DNA from: the human T2T-CHM13v2.0 reference genome, Homo sapiens
NCBI RefSeq assembly: GCF_009914755.1
Contig: NC_060947.1
DNA length: 64,000 nt
Reading direction: 5' to 3' (one strand)
The translations under genes and the position numbers were made by a program. Position 1 is the stretch's first letter. Every line of letters begins with the position of its first letter. This document shows positions 1 through 12,839 of the stretch, one piece after another. Below the pieces are notes generated by a model, which was not told the origin of the DNA, searched no databases, and worked only from the letters and a program-made list of their open reading frames with translations.

Positions 1-417
1 ATAACTTCTCTTTGTAGCTATTTAATGCTAAGTGATAAGTTTAACAGATGTGTTTACTCCTTTCTATTTATTTTGGTAAGGTTTACACACAAACAATATT
101 TACTTTTACAGTTGTTTGTTTACGCCCTAGCTAAAGCTTCTTCAATGTACAATAAGGGGACACTTTCACTACCAGATATCCCACATTAATCTCTATTACT
201 ACCAGTTTGCCTTTAGCCTGAATGTTTCTTAGGACAAACATTAACAGCAGCAGCATTTAGAGATCCCCCTAACAACAGGTATCCCTCTAGACAAAAAGAC
301 TTGGCTTATAAGCATATGGAACAAGTTTTGGTATAACCGAGGTCATTGTACTGTAAATCTATTGAGATACATGAACAGGGATAACTACACATAGGAATAC
401 TTAATTTTTTTTGTAGT

Positions 418-860
418 GTATCAGTTAGGTTTTTCTTCTGTGTAACAATGTACTCCAATGCTATATGGCTTAAAATAACAACAATTTTAATTAATTATTG
501 TGCTAGTTGAAAAAGCAAACTATTCTGAGTTGGCTGGTTCCATGTGGGTTCATCCTTGGCATCATGGCCAGCTGTTGGGTTGACTGGGGGCTGGATGGTT
601 TAGGAAACTGAGCTGGAACAGTATATCTTTGCTCTATGTTGTCTCTCATCCTCCAGCAGCCTTATGCACAGGCTTGTTCACAAGGCAACTGGACAAGTTT
701 TCAGGGAACAAATAGAAGCCTAGGAAACTTAAAGCTCAGGCTCAGAAGTGGTACATAGTTACTTATCCTGCATTTGATTGGTCAAAGCAAGTCACAATGC
801 AGGTTCAGAGTCAAAAGAAGGGAAAATAGATTATACCTCTTGTTGGGAGAAACTGTACAA
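418..860 (-). mobile_element. MLT1-family (ERVL-MaLR) solo LTR, old
   Basis: Start resembles TGTAACAA...GGCTTAAAATAACAAC and end resembles GGAAAATAGATTATACCTCTTGTTGGGAGAAACTG, like MLT1J/H-type LTRs recalled from memory; boundaries approximate. Confidence 0.6.
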
Positions 861-861
861 T

Positions 862-1942
862 AAAAAAGAAAAAGAGCAACATAACTAAGAATATAGCTTA
901 CCAAGGGGGTGAAATATATCTACAATAAGAATTGCAAAACACTGCTGAAGGAAATCTGATATGACACAAACAAATGGAAAAATAATATTACATGCTCATG
1001 AATAGGAAGCATCAATATTGCTTAAATGGCCATACCACCGAAAGCAATTTACAGATCCAAAGTTATTCCTGTCCAAGTACCAACATCATTCTTCACAGTA
1101 TTGGAAAAATCTATGATAAACTTCATATGGAACCCCCGCCCCCCCAAAAAAGTGCAAATAGCCAAAGCAGTCCTAAGGAAAAAGAACAGACAGAAGAATC
1201 ACACTACCAAACTGCAAACTATGCTACAAGGCTACAATAACCGAAACATCATGATACTGATACAACATATAGACACATAGACCATTGGAACAGGTTACAG
1301 AACCCAGAAATGAAGCTATTCATCTACCAACCACCTGATCTTCAGCAAATTTGGCAACAATACATGATGGGCAAAAGGCTCCATAGTCAATAAATTGTGC
1401 TGGGATAACTGGCTAGTCATATGCAGAAGACTGACTCTAAACCCTTTCCATTCACCATATGCAAAGATTAATTCAAGATGGGTTAAAAAACTTAAATGTA
1501 AGACCTAAAACAAAACCCAGGAGAAAATCTAGGAAATACCATTCTGAATATCAATTTTGGCAAAGAATTTCTGATTAAGTCCTCAAAAGCAATTACAACC
1601 AAAACAAAATTTGACAAGTAGGACCTAATTAAAGAGGTTTTGCCCAACAAAGGAGACTATCAACAGATTAAACAGACAACCTAAATAATGGGAGAAAATA
1701 TTCATAAGCTATGCATCTAAGAAAGGTCTAATATCCAGAATCTATAAGAAACTTAAATAATTCAGGAACAAAAAAGAAATATCTTTATTAAAAATGGGCA
1801 AAAGACAAACAGACGCTTCTCCAAAGAAGACATATATGTGGTCAACAAATTTATGAAATAATGTTCATCATCACTAATCAGTAGAGAAATGCACACTAAA
1901 ACCACAATGAGATCCTCACACCAGACAGAATGTCTATTATTA
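862..1942 (+). mobile_element. L1 (L1PA13-16/L1PB-like) ORF2 C-terminal fragment, sense
   Basis: ORF 1026-1280 MAIPPKAIYRSKVIPVQVPTSFFTVLEKSMINFIWN is degenerate L1 ORF2p; frameshifts and stops throughout. Confidence 0.93.
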
Positions 1943-1988
1943 TTTTTCTTTTCTTCTTTTTAAGTGTACATAAAAGCATTTTACATTA

Positions 1989-2077
1989 TGAAACCCCGTA
2001 TCTACTAATATACAAAAAATTAGCCGGGCGTGGTGGTGCACACCTGTAGTCCCAGCTGCTCAGGAGGCTGAGGCAGG
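1989..2077 (+). mobile_element. Alu internal fragment (mid A-linker region), no tail or TSD
   Basis: TGAAACCCCGTATCTACTAATATACAAAAAATTAGCCGGGCGTGGTGG...GAGGCTGAGGCAGG. Confidence 0.92.
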
Positions 2078-2842
<765 letters not shown>

Positions 2843-3056
2843 GAACTTATCAGCACAAAGAAGGAAACAACAGACACTGGGGTCTACTTGAGGAGGTAGG
2901 GAGGAAGGAGAAAGAGGAGCAGAAAAGACAACTATTGGGTACTGGGTTTAATACCTGGGTGATGAAATAATGTGTACAACAAACCCACATGACATGTGCT
3001 TACCTATGTAACAAACATTCATATGTACACCCAAACCTAAAATAACAGGTAAAAAT
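2843..3056 (+). mobile_element. L1 3' UTR terminus, sense
   Basis: CACAAAGAAGGAAACAACAGACACTGGGGTCTACTTGAGG...TACCTATGTAACAAAC...AACCTAAAATA. Confidence 0.9.
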
Positions 3057-3179
3057 TCAAATACAACTGGCAATAACAATATAGAAAATATCAAGGTGAT
3101 AACCATACTGTTACGAATGCAGTAAAGGTTTTCTGAAACTTGTGTCTGGGTGTGGATGAGTTTGTGTGCATATCCACGA

Positions 3180-3610
3180 GAGATAGTTTTCTTTCTATGT
3201 ACTGTCTTTGTCTGGTTCTGGTATTAGGATAATGCTTGCTTCATAAAATGAATTAGAAAATATTCTGTAATGTTTCAGTTTATGAAATAGATTATGGAGA
3301 ATTGGTATTAATTCTTCAGAAATTTGATAGAATTCTCTAATGAAACCATCTTGGTCTGGAGGTTCTTTTGTGGGAGTATTTGAAATTACAAATTCAGTAT
3401 ACTTAATATGATGGGGCTATTCAAATTATTTATTTTATATTGGGCGAGTTGTGACAGTTTGTTTTTTTAAGATGGGTCAATATTATTTAGTTTGTCAAAT
3501 TTATGTATATAGAGACTTTCATAGTATTATTTTACTATACTTTTGCTGACTTCAGGGCATGTAGTGATATGTATCTCCTCTTTGGATATTTAATTTGCAT
3601 CTTCTCTTAG
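3180..3610 (-). mobile_element. Old L1M ORF2 fragment
   Basis: TCTTTGTCTGGTTCTGGTATTAGGATAATGCTTGCTTCATAAAATGAATTAG is antisense L1M ORF2-like. Confidence 0.75.
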
Positions 3611-3699
3611 TTCTAAGTTAAAGGTGTCGAATTGTAAGTAACAAACCAAATCTGAACATAGTATTGATGATGATGATGAGGATGATGATATACTTCATC

Positions 3700-3875
3700 G
3701 ATTGCTGCCTTACTGAATTTTAATATATAGGCAATTCATATGCAATATTTTATTTAATTATAAATAGCAAACTTGAGAGCTTGACTATATTATCTATTTT
3801 CATATGCTCATAATCCCACAAATAGTAAGTAGCAGAGCCTATATTTGAGCATAGATCACGCTGACTCCAGTCTAC
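3700..3875 (-). mobile_element. MIR fragment
   Basis: TAGTAAGTAGCAGAGCCTATATTTGAGC...CTGACTCCAG resembles the antisense MIR 5' half. Confidence 0.55.
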
Positions 3876-3915
3876 CATTAGTATATATTGCAGAAGTTTT
3901 ATTTGAATAGCCTGG

Positions 3916-4898
3916 TGAGAGGTGACAACGTGCTAGCAGCCTTCGCTTGCTCTCGGAAGCTCCTTGGCCTCAGCCTCTGCTCTGGCCACACTCAAGGAGC
4001 CCTTCAGCCTGCCACTGCACTGTGGGGGCTCCTCTCTGGGACTGGCGAGGCCAGAGCCGGCTCCCTCTGCTTGCGGGGAGGTGTGGAGGGGGAGGCGCAG
4101 GTGGGAGCTGGGGCTGAGTGCAGCACTCGCGGGTTGGCTTGGGTTCCGGGTGGGCATGGCCTGCCAGCACCTGCTGGGTTTGATCAGGGAATGAGCTCCT
4201 TCTGGGCTGCCGGAGTGCCCACGGGTGACTGCCAGTGAGAGGTGAAGCCAGCTGGGCTTCTGGGATGGGTGGGGACTTGGAAAACTTTTCCTCTAGCCAA
4301 AGGATTGTAAACGCACCAATCAGCACTCTGTGTCTAGCTGAAGGTTTGTGAACACAACAATCAGCATTCTCTCAAATCGGACCAATCAGCTCTCTGTAAA
4401 ATGGACCAATCAGCAGGATGTGGGTGGGGCCAGATAAAGGAATAAAAGCAGGCCACCTCAGCCAGCAACGGCAACCTTCCATGCTGTGGAAGCTTAGTTC
4501 CTTTGCTCTTCCTGCTAAATGTTGCTGCTGTTGACTCTTTGGGTCCGTGCCGCCTTTGAGAGCTGTAACACTCACCACGAAGGTCTGAAGCTTCACTCCT
4601 AAAGCCAGCGAGACTAGGAACCCACCAGGAGGGAGGAACAACTCCAGACGGGAGGAACGAACAACTCCGGAGGCGCCACCTTTATGAACTGTAACACTCA
4701 CCACGAAGGTCTGCAGCTTCACTCCTGAGGCCAGTGAGACCACACATCCACCAGTAGAAAGAAACTACGGACACGTCTGAACATCAGAAGGAACAAACTC
4801 CGGACATACCATCTTTAAGAACTGTAACATTCGCCGTGAGGGTCTGCAGCTTCATTCTTGAAGTCCACAAGACCAAGAACCCACCAATTCTGGACACG
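3916..4898 (+). mobile_element. LTR12-family (ERV9/HERV9) solo LTR
   Basis: Starts TGAGAGGTGACAACGTGCTAGCAG and ends CCACCAATTCTGGACACG; 4-bp TSD CTGG at 3912-3915 and 4899-4902; U3 CCAATCAGC repeats; U5 tandem CTGTAACACTCACCACGAAGGTCTG units. Confidence 0.97.
4290..4450 (+). promoter_or_regulatory. LTR12 U3 enhancer/promoter: CCAAT (NF-Y) boxes, GATA, AATAAAA TATA-like box
   Basis: CCAAT at 4316, 4382 and 4406, GATA at 4433, AATAAAA at 4441; matches known ERV9 LTR promoter layout; activity not shown by sequence. Confidence 0.6.
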
Positions 4899-4977
4899 CT
4901 GGGATACTTTGTGACTTTGTTTACAGAGAAAAAAAAATATATTTTTTCATTCCAAATCTGTATTTAAAAATATGTAT

Positions 4978-5316
<339 letters not shown>

Positions 5317-6031
5317 TGTGTCTAGCTAAAGGTTTGTAAAAATTTATATATTATAGAAGTATACATTATACATGTGTTTTATTAATATTCATTTATAAGT
5401 TAGAGAATTATGAAATCACATGTTTCAAGGTTACTTGATATATGTCAGATTATTAATGATAATCTGATGAGCAATTTATAAAATGGAACAATTATGATGT
5501 TTTACATAATAGAGATAACCTTAATAAACTACTAAAAAGTTACGATATTAGAGGAAAGTAAGTATTACTTACTAGAAGCTATAAGGTTCAATATGAAGAT
5601 AAGCTTTGGCATATTTGGATTAGAGTCATTCACGACCTAAAGGGTTTTTTTACATTGACAATTTTAACACGCATATACTTTAAGCTAGGAATGACAAAAA
5701 TATTAGTGAAAAGTTTTGTGTCCATTCACATTAAAACATAGTATTTTAAAATCTTGAGTTTTTCGAAATATAAATAATATTTAGTGTATTTTATTAGTGT
5801 TATATATATTTGTAGCTCAGATTACACTCACTATACATGAAATATACTCTTAATCATTTAATATTATTTCTGATTATTTTTCATGATGTTGCAAATTCTT
5901 TGTATATGCGGTTGTAAGTGACTGCATAACATCTCATCTAATTGATGACTTGTATGTATGCATTTTGCCTATTTTGGGGTACAGTTTATTTTTTTCCATT
6001 TTTGATTATCATAAGCCATTTTGTGATAAAA

Positions 6032-6032
<1 letters not shown>

Positions 6033-6066
<34 letters not shown>
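6033..6066. repeat. (TG)17 microsatellite
   Basis: Perfect TG run. Confidence 0.97.
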
Positions 6067-6069
<3 letters not shown>

Positions 6070-6277
6070 ATGATGTTTTCAGGCAATTTTCAAATAATAG
6101 GCTCTTAGAAGTAAAATTACTAATCCAGGAATTATTTTGTTTCAAATCTCTTTACTTGTTTAGGGAAGGATATGGCTACTTTGAAATGGAAACAAAAGAT
6201 TTTAAATAAGAAACAATGAATAACATTATCCACAGAAAATCAGAGATTGAACCGTCAACATTAACATGGCATTTATC

Positions 6278-6583
6278 TTTTATTTTTTATTTACATTATT
6301 TTTTTAGACAGGATCTTGTTCTCTTGCCCAAGCTGGAGTGCAGTGTTGTGATCATATTTCACTGCAGCCTGGACCTCCCAGGCTCAATTGATCCTCCCAC
6401 CTTAGCCTGAGTAGCTGGAACCATGGGCAGGGACCAGTACATCTAGTTAATTTTTGATTATTTGTAGAGACGGAATCTCCCTATGTTGCCCACGCTGGGT
6501 CTTGAAATCCTGGCCTCAAGCAGTCCTCCTGCCTCAGACTCCCAAAGTGCTGGGATTACAGGTGTGAGCCACCGTGCCTGGCC
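6278..6583 (-). mobile_element. AluJ
   Basis: TTTTTAGACAGGATCTTGTTCTC...CACTGCAGCCTGGACCTCCCAGGCTCAA...GTGAGCCACCGTGCCTGGCC. Confidence 0.95.
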
Positions 6584-7030
6584 AGTATCTTTGTTGAAGT
6601 CTTCATAAAATCTTAACAGATTTTAATCTAATCTTAATCAGGTAAATATAAATTTCTTAAAATTTTTTTATTAAATTTTACCACCATCATTAACTCCCTT
6701 TATATACTTTATAGCTATGTTGAAATGTCCATAAATGACCTGTTACAGGAAAAGAATATTGGCAACATATTTTTAAAAATCAGATACACACACATGCATT
6801 AATTATACTATCATTATATTTTCATTAATTTTCTTAAGAATTGATATTCAAGTGTTAATAGTCTATTTCTCTTGTACCAGATTAATATTTTATGTCTAGT
6901 TTATATAACTATACATTTTTAGGTCTCTGAGACACTATGCACTTGACAGTAATCATAAATAATATGAGAATAAAGGAAATAGCCCATAATGTAACCAACT
7001 ACCAGTGATTTAATTTTTCTAATTAATCTG

Positions 7031-7595
7031 TGTATTGGGGTTCTCCAGAGGGACAGAACTAATAGGATATATGTATATATGAAAGGGAGTTTATTAAGGA
7101 GAATTGGCTCACAGTATCACAAAGCGAATTCCCACAATAGGCTGTCTGCAACCTGAGGAAGAAAGAAGCCAGTAGTGGCTCAGTCAGAGACCAAAAGCCT
7201 CAAAAGCAGGGCAGCCGACTGCAGTCAGTCTTCAGTCTGTGGCCGAAGGCCTGAGAGCCCCTGGCAAAACACTGGTGTGAGTCCAAAGGCCGAAGAACGT
7301 GGAGTCTGATGTTCAAGAGCAGGAGGAACAGAAGAAAGCATCCGGCACAGGAGACAGACGAAAGCCAGAAGACTCAAGTCAGTTTATCCCACCTTCTTCC
7401 TCTAGCTTTGTTCTAGCTGCTCTGGCAGCGGATTGGATGGTGCCCACCCATATTTTGCTTCCTTTCCCAGTCCACCTACTGCAATGTTAATCTCCTCTGG
7501 CAACACCTTTACAGACACACGCAGAAACAATACTTTACCAGCTATCTAGGCATTCTTCAATCCAATCAAGTTGACACCTAACATTAACCATCACA
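7031..7595 (-). mobile_element. MLT2 (HERVL) solo LTR, MLT2A/B-like
   Basis: TGTATTGGGGTTCTCCAGAGGGACAGAAC...TTGACACCTAACATTAACCATCACA; 5-bp TSD ATCTG at 7026-7030 and 7596-7600. Confidence 0.95.
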
Positions 7596-7999
7596 ATCTG
7601 CCTTATTGTTTGTGGTTTATAGCCCTGTTGCATGTACTATCATCCATATGCAGGCTTGTCCATCAATGACAGCTGTTTCTCAATGAACAAATACTAAGGG
7701 GTATACTTCAAGAAAAGTGAAGAAATATGTCACTCATTACAGTTTCTATTAAAAGCTATCAGAGTTTCCTATCAGAACAATGTGCTGTGCAGTTTGGTTT
7801 TATCAATATACTCGGCAGATACCAGATATCAATTGGACCCGATGTTTGAGAGTGCTACAAATCTTGAAGAAAATTTGAGTCTTGTCTGCATTAGTGCTTT
7901 CAAGTAGATAACTAAGGTAGTCATTTCAAAGAAGGTTGTTAGAGAGTACTAGCAAATAACACAAGTTTTAAAATAGTTTATTAGATGGGTAAATTTAGA

Positions 8000-8140
8000 C
8001 TAGGGCAAAAATCCACATAAAGTTTCTTTTCCTCATTTAAAATGGGAAAATAATTTCTAATTTATGAGTTTGTGGTGAGAATTATGTAATTTAACATCAA
8101 GCACCTAGTAAACAGTAACTGTTGTCAGTATTACTAATTA
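8000..8140 (+). mobile_element. MIR fragment
   Basis: TTTCCTCATTTAAAATGGGAAAATAAT...TTTGTGGTGAGAATTA resembles the MIR core. Confidence 0.65.
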
Positions 8141-9424
8141 TTGGAGTCTTTAGTCATTAACATCTGAAATTCTGTTTTATATAGTTCTTCTGAAATCTTT
8201 TGTTACTCCCTTTTACGTTTTCTACAATACCTTTTTTCATTAGTCATCCTAATTGTTAAAAAGCCAAAATTACATCTCTAAAGTCACATTAAATTTAGTT
8301 TATAATATTACAATGCATAAATGCATAAGGGAAGTGTTTTGCCATAGTTTTATTGGCCTTTTTACTTTCACATTATTACATTACCTTCTGAAGTTAATTA
8401 AACATTAGAAACCCAATAAACATTCAGTGGAAAAGCTATAGGTTGAGGTGGTTTAAGGACATTCTTTATTTAGAAATGAGTATCTTTGGCCAAGAATATA
8501 AAAAAAAATAAAATGTGATACACTCTGGCATATGTCAACTAGATGTACTAACCAAGTGAATATTTTGACATTAAAAGTAGATGTTGAATTCTACACTTAC
8601 AAAGTTGGAATGTCCTACTGCTCATTGTGCAAGTAGATAACAATGGGCAGAGATAACTTAGCCTCCTTTAACAACTTGCAGCTATTTGACAAAAAGCCAG
8701 AGGAAGATGAGAATAGTGGGACAAAGAATATAATAGCTATTCTCTCTGTGTATAAAATTGACCTTTTTTGGGGGATATTATTCTTACAAATGGTGATTAA
8801 AATATTTTCTGATAATATAGTCGTCATTATGTTAAAGATCCACTTCTAGGAAACATGTGCTTTGAAATTTTAAACGCAATCTCAAATAATATTACATAAA
8901 TACATGCCTGATGGACATTGCATAGGCTGGAAAACATCGAAATACAAAACATTAGATTTATGCCTCTTGCAAAGTAAGCTCATTGACTTTTAAGTAAAGG
9001 TTTAAATAAACATTTAAAGATAATTGCAAGATGACATGAATAATCTGCAAAGAACACTTTCAATGATAGGTGATTATGTTAATTTGCTTTACTATTAGTA
9101 AGATTCAGTTTAAGCATGGCATTATTAGTTAGGTATGACTGAATTATTTAACTCAAGAAAAAATTTTTTCTCTTTTGGCAAGAGCTACCTTGCCATTTTA
9201 TTACATCTCAGTTTCTGACTAACAATATATTATCCTCCAGCTAATATCATTTCATAATCATTTCTTATCGGTGTCTAGCTGATAGGCCTAGGCCATAAGC
9301 TAAGGTGGGGACTTACTCTTCATCAGTCTCTCAAATTTATTTGTCTCTGACATTATTTCTGGAGTTAATTATTATCATATAAGAAGCAACAACATAAGAA
9401 AGCATTGTTGAATTTTCACATTTC

Positions 9425-9648
9425 TATCATGTATATATATCTTACATATATAATATATATAGATTACTGTAGTGTACTATATATTTATAATGCTATGTAT
9501 ACATAGATATCTTACTATATATGTAGATATATAGTAAACAACTGTTTCAAATGCATTATATTATACAATATATATTATGTAAATATATACATTTTGATTA
9601 TATATGTACACACATAAACACATACATATACATATGCACACACATACA
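9425..9648. repeat. TA/CA-rich low-complexity tract
   Basis: Seen directly. Confidence 0.8.
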
Positions 9649-9751
9649 ATGGAAGTTACAAACTTCTGTCCTGCAATGAAAGCATAAAATATTATTTTCA
9701 ACTTCCAAACATTTTAAATTGGCACCATAAAACACTATTAAATAAATGTCA

Positions 9752-10042
9752 CTTGTTGTGGCTCATGCATGTAATTCCAGCCCTTTGGGAGACAAAGGTG
9801 GAAAGATTCCTTGAAGGTGAATAATTCAAGACCAGCCTGGGCAACATAGTGAGACTCCATCTCTACAAAAATAAAAAATAAGAGGTGTGGTGGCATGCAC
9901 CTGTAGTCCTAGCTACTCTGTAGGGTAAGAGAGGAGGATTGCTTGAGCCCAGGAGTTCATAGCTGCTGTGGGTTATGATTGTGCCACTGCACTCCAGCAT
10001 GGGTGACAGTGAGATCCTGTCTCTTAAAAAATGAAAATTTTT
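9752..10042 (+). mobile_element. AluJ (Jo/Jr-like), diverged
   Basis: GTGGCTCATGCATGTAATTCCAG...GGAGGATTGCTTGAGCCCAGGAGTTC...; probable TSD AAATGTCA at 9744 and 10044. Confidence 0.93.
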
Positions 10043-10229
10043 AAAATGTCATAAATATTTCAGTTCTATATATTATAGTGGCTTAAGATAGCAAACATGA
10101 GGAAACAAAGTAAAAATAAAGAGAAATTATCAGCACAATCTTTTTTTCATCAGGGTTCCAATATGGCCAACATTTTACAGATACAAAATCTCTAATCCAG
10201 GCTGCTATAGGTTGCACAATGAACGAAAA

Positions 10230-10940
10230 AGGGCAAGCAATGGTTGACATCACCAAGAGGAAAGAGATGTTAGTATTATCTGACAGAGATTCTAAAGCAG
10301 CAATAATAAAAATGCTTCAATGAGCACTTACCAAAGTGTTTCGAACAAATGACAAAATACAAAGTTCCAGCAAAGAAATAGAATTGTTAAACCTAAAAAT
10401 AGAAGATATAAGAAGCAACAAATAAAAATTGTATAACAGTCCTATAGCTTGAATGTATCCCCCAAAGTTAATGTTTTGAAAAGTTAATACCCAATGAAAT
10501 AGTGTCAAGAGGTGAGACCTATAAGAAGCAATTAGATCATGAGGTCTCTGCCTTCTTAAGTGTATTAATACCATTATCAATGGAGTGGGTTCATTACCAT
10601 GAGAGTGGGTTTGGTATAAAAGTGAGTTTGGTTCCCTCTTGTTCTCTCTCATCCACATGTGATGTCTCTACATGTGATACTTCCTGCCATGTTATGCTGC
10701 AGCAAGAAGACCCTCACCAGATGCAGCCCCTCTATGTTGGACTTCCCAGCCTCCGGAAGTGTAAGCCAGAAAAACTTATATTGTTTATAAATTACCCAGT
10801 CTGTAGCATTCTGTTACACCAGCACAAAATAAACTACAACAAACTGTAAAATATAATAAACAAAAACTAAACAAAACTTTGAGTGTGCTCAACAGCACAA
10901 TAGAGAGGCAGAGAAAAGAATTAGTGACCATAGCAATTGC
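10230..10940 (+). mobile_element. Old L1M ORF1-region fragment, interrupted by an MST LTR
   Basis: AGATGTTAGTATTATCTGACAGAGATTCTAAAGCAGCAATAATAAAAATGCTTCAA is L1M ORF1-like; resumes after 10842. Confidence 0.6.
10440..10841 (+). mobile_element. MST-family (MSTB/C/D) MaLR solo LTR
   Basis: TCCTATAGCTTGAATGTATCCCCCAAAG...GACCCTCACCAGATGCAGCC...TTTATAAATTACCCAGTCTGTAG. Confidence 0.88.
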
Positions 10941-11661
10941 CTAATTGCAGAGGTTGCAGTCCTTAGGAGTCACACATTGGCCATGGGTTGGGGTAGGGAG
11001 GCCCATGGGAAGGAGAGTTTGACTGCTCAACACCCAGATGAGGCCTACATTTTCCTTTTGCACTGCGCTCTGCAAATTGGACCTACTGTCATGGTTCTAG
11101 CTGCCAAATAAAAATTTTGCTAATAGGTTTAATTAGGTTACACGGAAATTGGTGCACTTTGTTTATGGTGCAGTGAAAATAGTACTGATTAGGACTCAGG
11201 AGAGATCAGTTTAAGAATCAGCCCTGTAAAAGGAAATTATTGACTTATTTTTTATCTTGATTTTCTATTCTCCATTTTGATTATCTCTGCTCAAAGCCTT
11301 ATTATTTCCTTCTTCTGACTTGGATTTAGTTTTTTCTCCTTATTTAGTTTCATAAGACTTAAAGTTAGGTAGTTAATTTGAATTCTTGCTTCGTTTTCAA
11401 TGTACGCACTTACATTTAAAAATTCCCTCTTAGCATTTTTTTGGCTGCATCTATAAGTTTTATTATTTTGTGTTTTTATTTTCATTTTTCTCAAGGCATT
11501 TTCTAATTTCTTTAGTGATTTTATCTTTCACTCATTGTTTTTTAAAGAGTGTATTGTTTAATTTGCACATATTTGTGGATTTTTCAGTTTTCTTTTGCTT
11601 CATTTCTACTTTTATTCAATTGTGATGAGAAGAGATACTTTGCATGATTTAATGTTTTTAA

Positions 11662-11720
11662 ATTATTGAACGTGGGATATTGAAGTCTCTAAGAGACTTC
11701 AATATCCCACGTTCAATAAT
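11662..11720. repeat. Perfect 29-bp inverted repeat with 1-nt spacer (59-bp palindrome)
   Basis: ATTATTGAACGTGGGATATTGAAGTCTCT-A-AGAGACTTCAATATCCCACGTTCAATAAT. Confidence 0.98.
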
Positions 11721-12015
11721 AGAAAAAATAAGACAGAAGTTTGATAAATGAAAAGAGAATTTGATAAACATTATAGACCAATTGGATGTAACAAACATAT
11801 GTAACACAGAAGAATATATTTTTTTCTGAGTGCATATAGAATGTTCTCCAAGATAGACAATATGCTTGGCCACAGAAAAAGTCTTAATTAATTTAAAAAC
11901 ATTAAATCATGCAAAGTATCTCTTCTCGTCATCCCGTCAAATTCATCAGTATTCGCTTCACATATTTTCAGACTCAGACATTTGGTACATAAATGCATAT
12001 AAGTGCAATAAATAG

Positions 12016-12171
12016 TATATATATATACACACACACACATATATATACATATATACACATATATACATATATATAGATAGATATAGGATTTGGTACTATC
12101 AATGGTTTTAGGCATCTATTGTGGGATGAGTCTTGAAACTTATGCCACGTGGATAAGGGAGGACTACTGTA
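12016..12171. mobile_element. MER2 (Tigger) terminal fragment preceded by TA/CA microsatellite
   Basis: TTTGGTACTATCAATGGTTTTAGGCATC...GTGGATAAGGGAGGACTACTG-TA. Confidence 0.8.
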
Positions 12172-12839
12172 TCTTCTTGGTTATTTGAACACTTTATTAT
12201 TACATAATGTCCATTTTTGTCTCTAGTAACTATTTTTGACTTGAGAATTATTTGTCTAATATTAATGTAGCCACTTCTGCTCAATTTTTTTTACTATTTG
12301 CATGAAATATTTTCCCCATTCTTTCACTTTCTTTGCTAAATATGTTTCTTCATTTTTTTCTTTTTTTATTTATGCATAATAGATGTACATATTTTCAGGG
12401 TATATGTGATAATTTGATACATTCATATAATGTATGAAAATCAACTATCCTTTCATTTTTACTGTATATCCTTAGATTTAAAATGAGTCTTTATAGTCAG
12501 TGTATAGTTAAATCATGTTTCTATTTTAAAATATTCTGCCAATCTATGTCATTTGATTGGGCAGTTTAAACTATTTACATTCAAAGTAGTTATTGAGCAG
12601 CCTCCACTGCTTTTTTTTTCTTCACTCTGGGAGGCCCACATGGCTCTGCCTCAACTTTCTATTCCCTGTGACTCACAGGACCTGAGAGATCAGTAGGGAG
12701 GACAACATGGCACTCCAGAAGCTGGGAAGTGGACAAAGAAAAGGCAAGGGGATTCCAAAGCTCATATAGCTCAAAAAGTTTAGTTTACTTGGATAGTCTT
12801 ATTTGAGTTTTCATCTATACAATTTTTTTTGCAAAAGTG

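Larger units (their letters stand above)
11250..12597 (-). mobile_element. Old L1M ORF2 (endonuclease region), with inverted segment 11692-11931 and nested insertions
   Basis: Antisense L1M EN sequence; ORFs 11291-11494 and 11658-11873 are degenerate L1 translations. Confidence 0.85.

Noticed and set aside
3888-4743. GC-rich ORFs of 74-123 aa and a CpG-island-like patch
   Set aside because: They lie almost entirely within the LTR12; GC content and tandem U5 units explain the open frames.
10945-11100. GC-richer patch with CATTTTCCTTTTGCACTGCGCTCTGCAAATT
   Set aside because: It resembles a hAT MITE remnant, but I could not define ends or family, so it is not listed as a feature.
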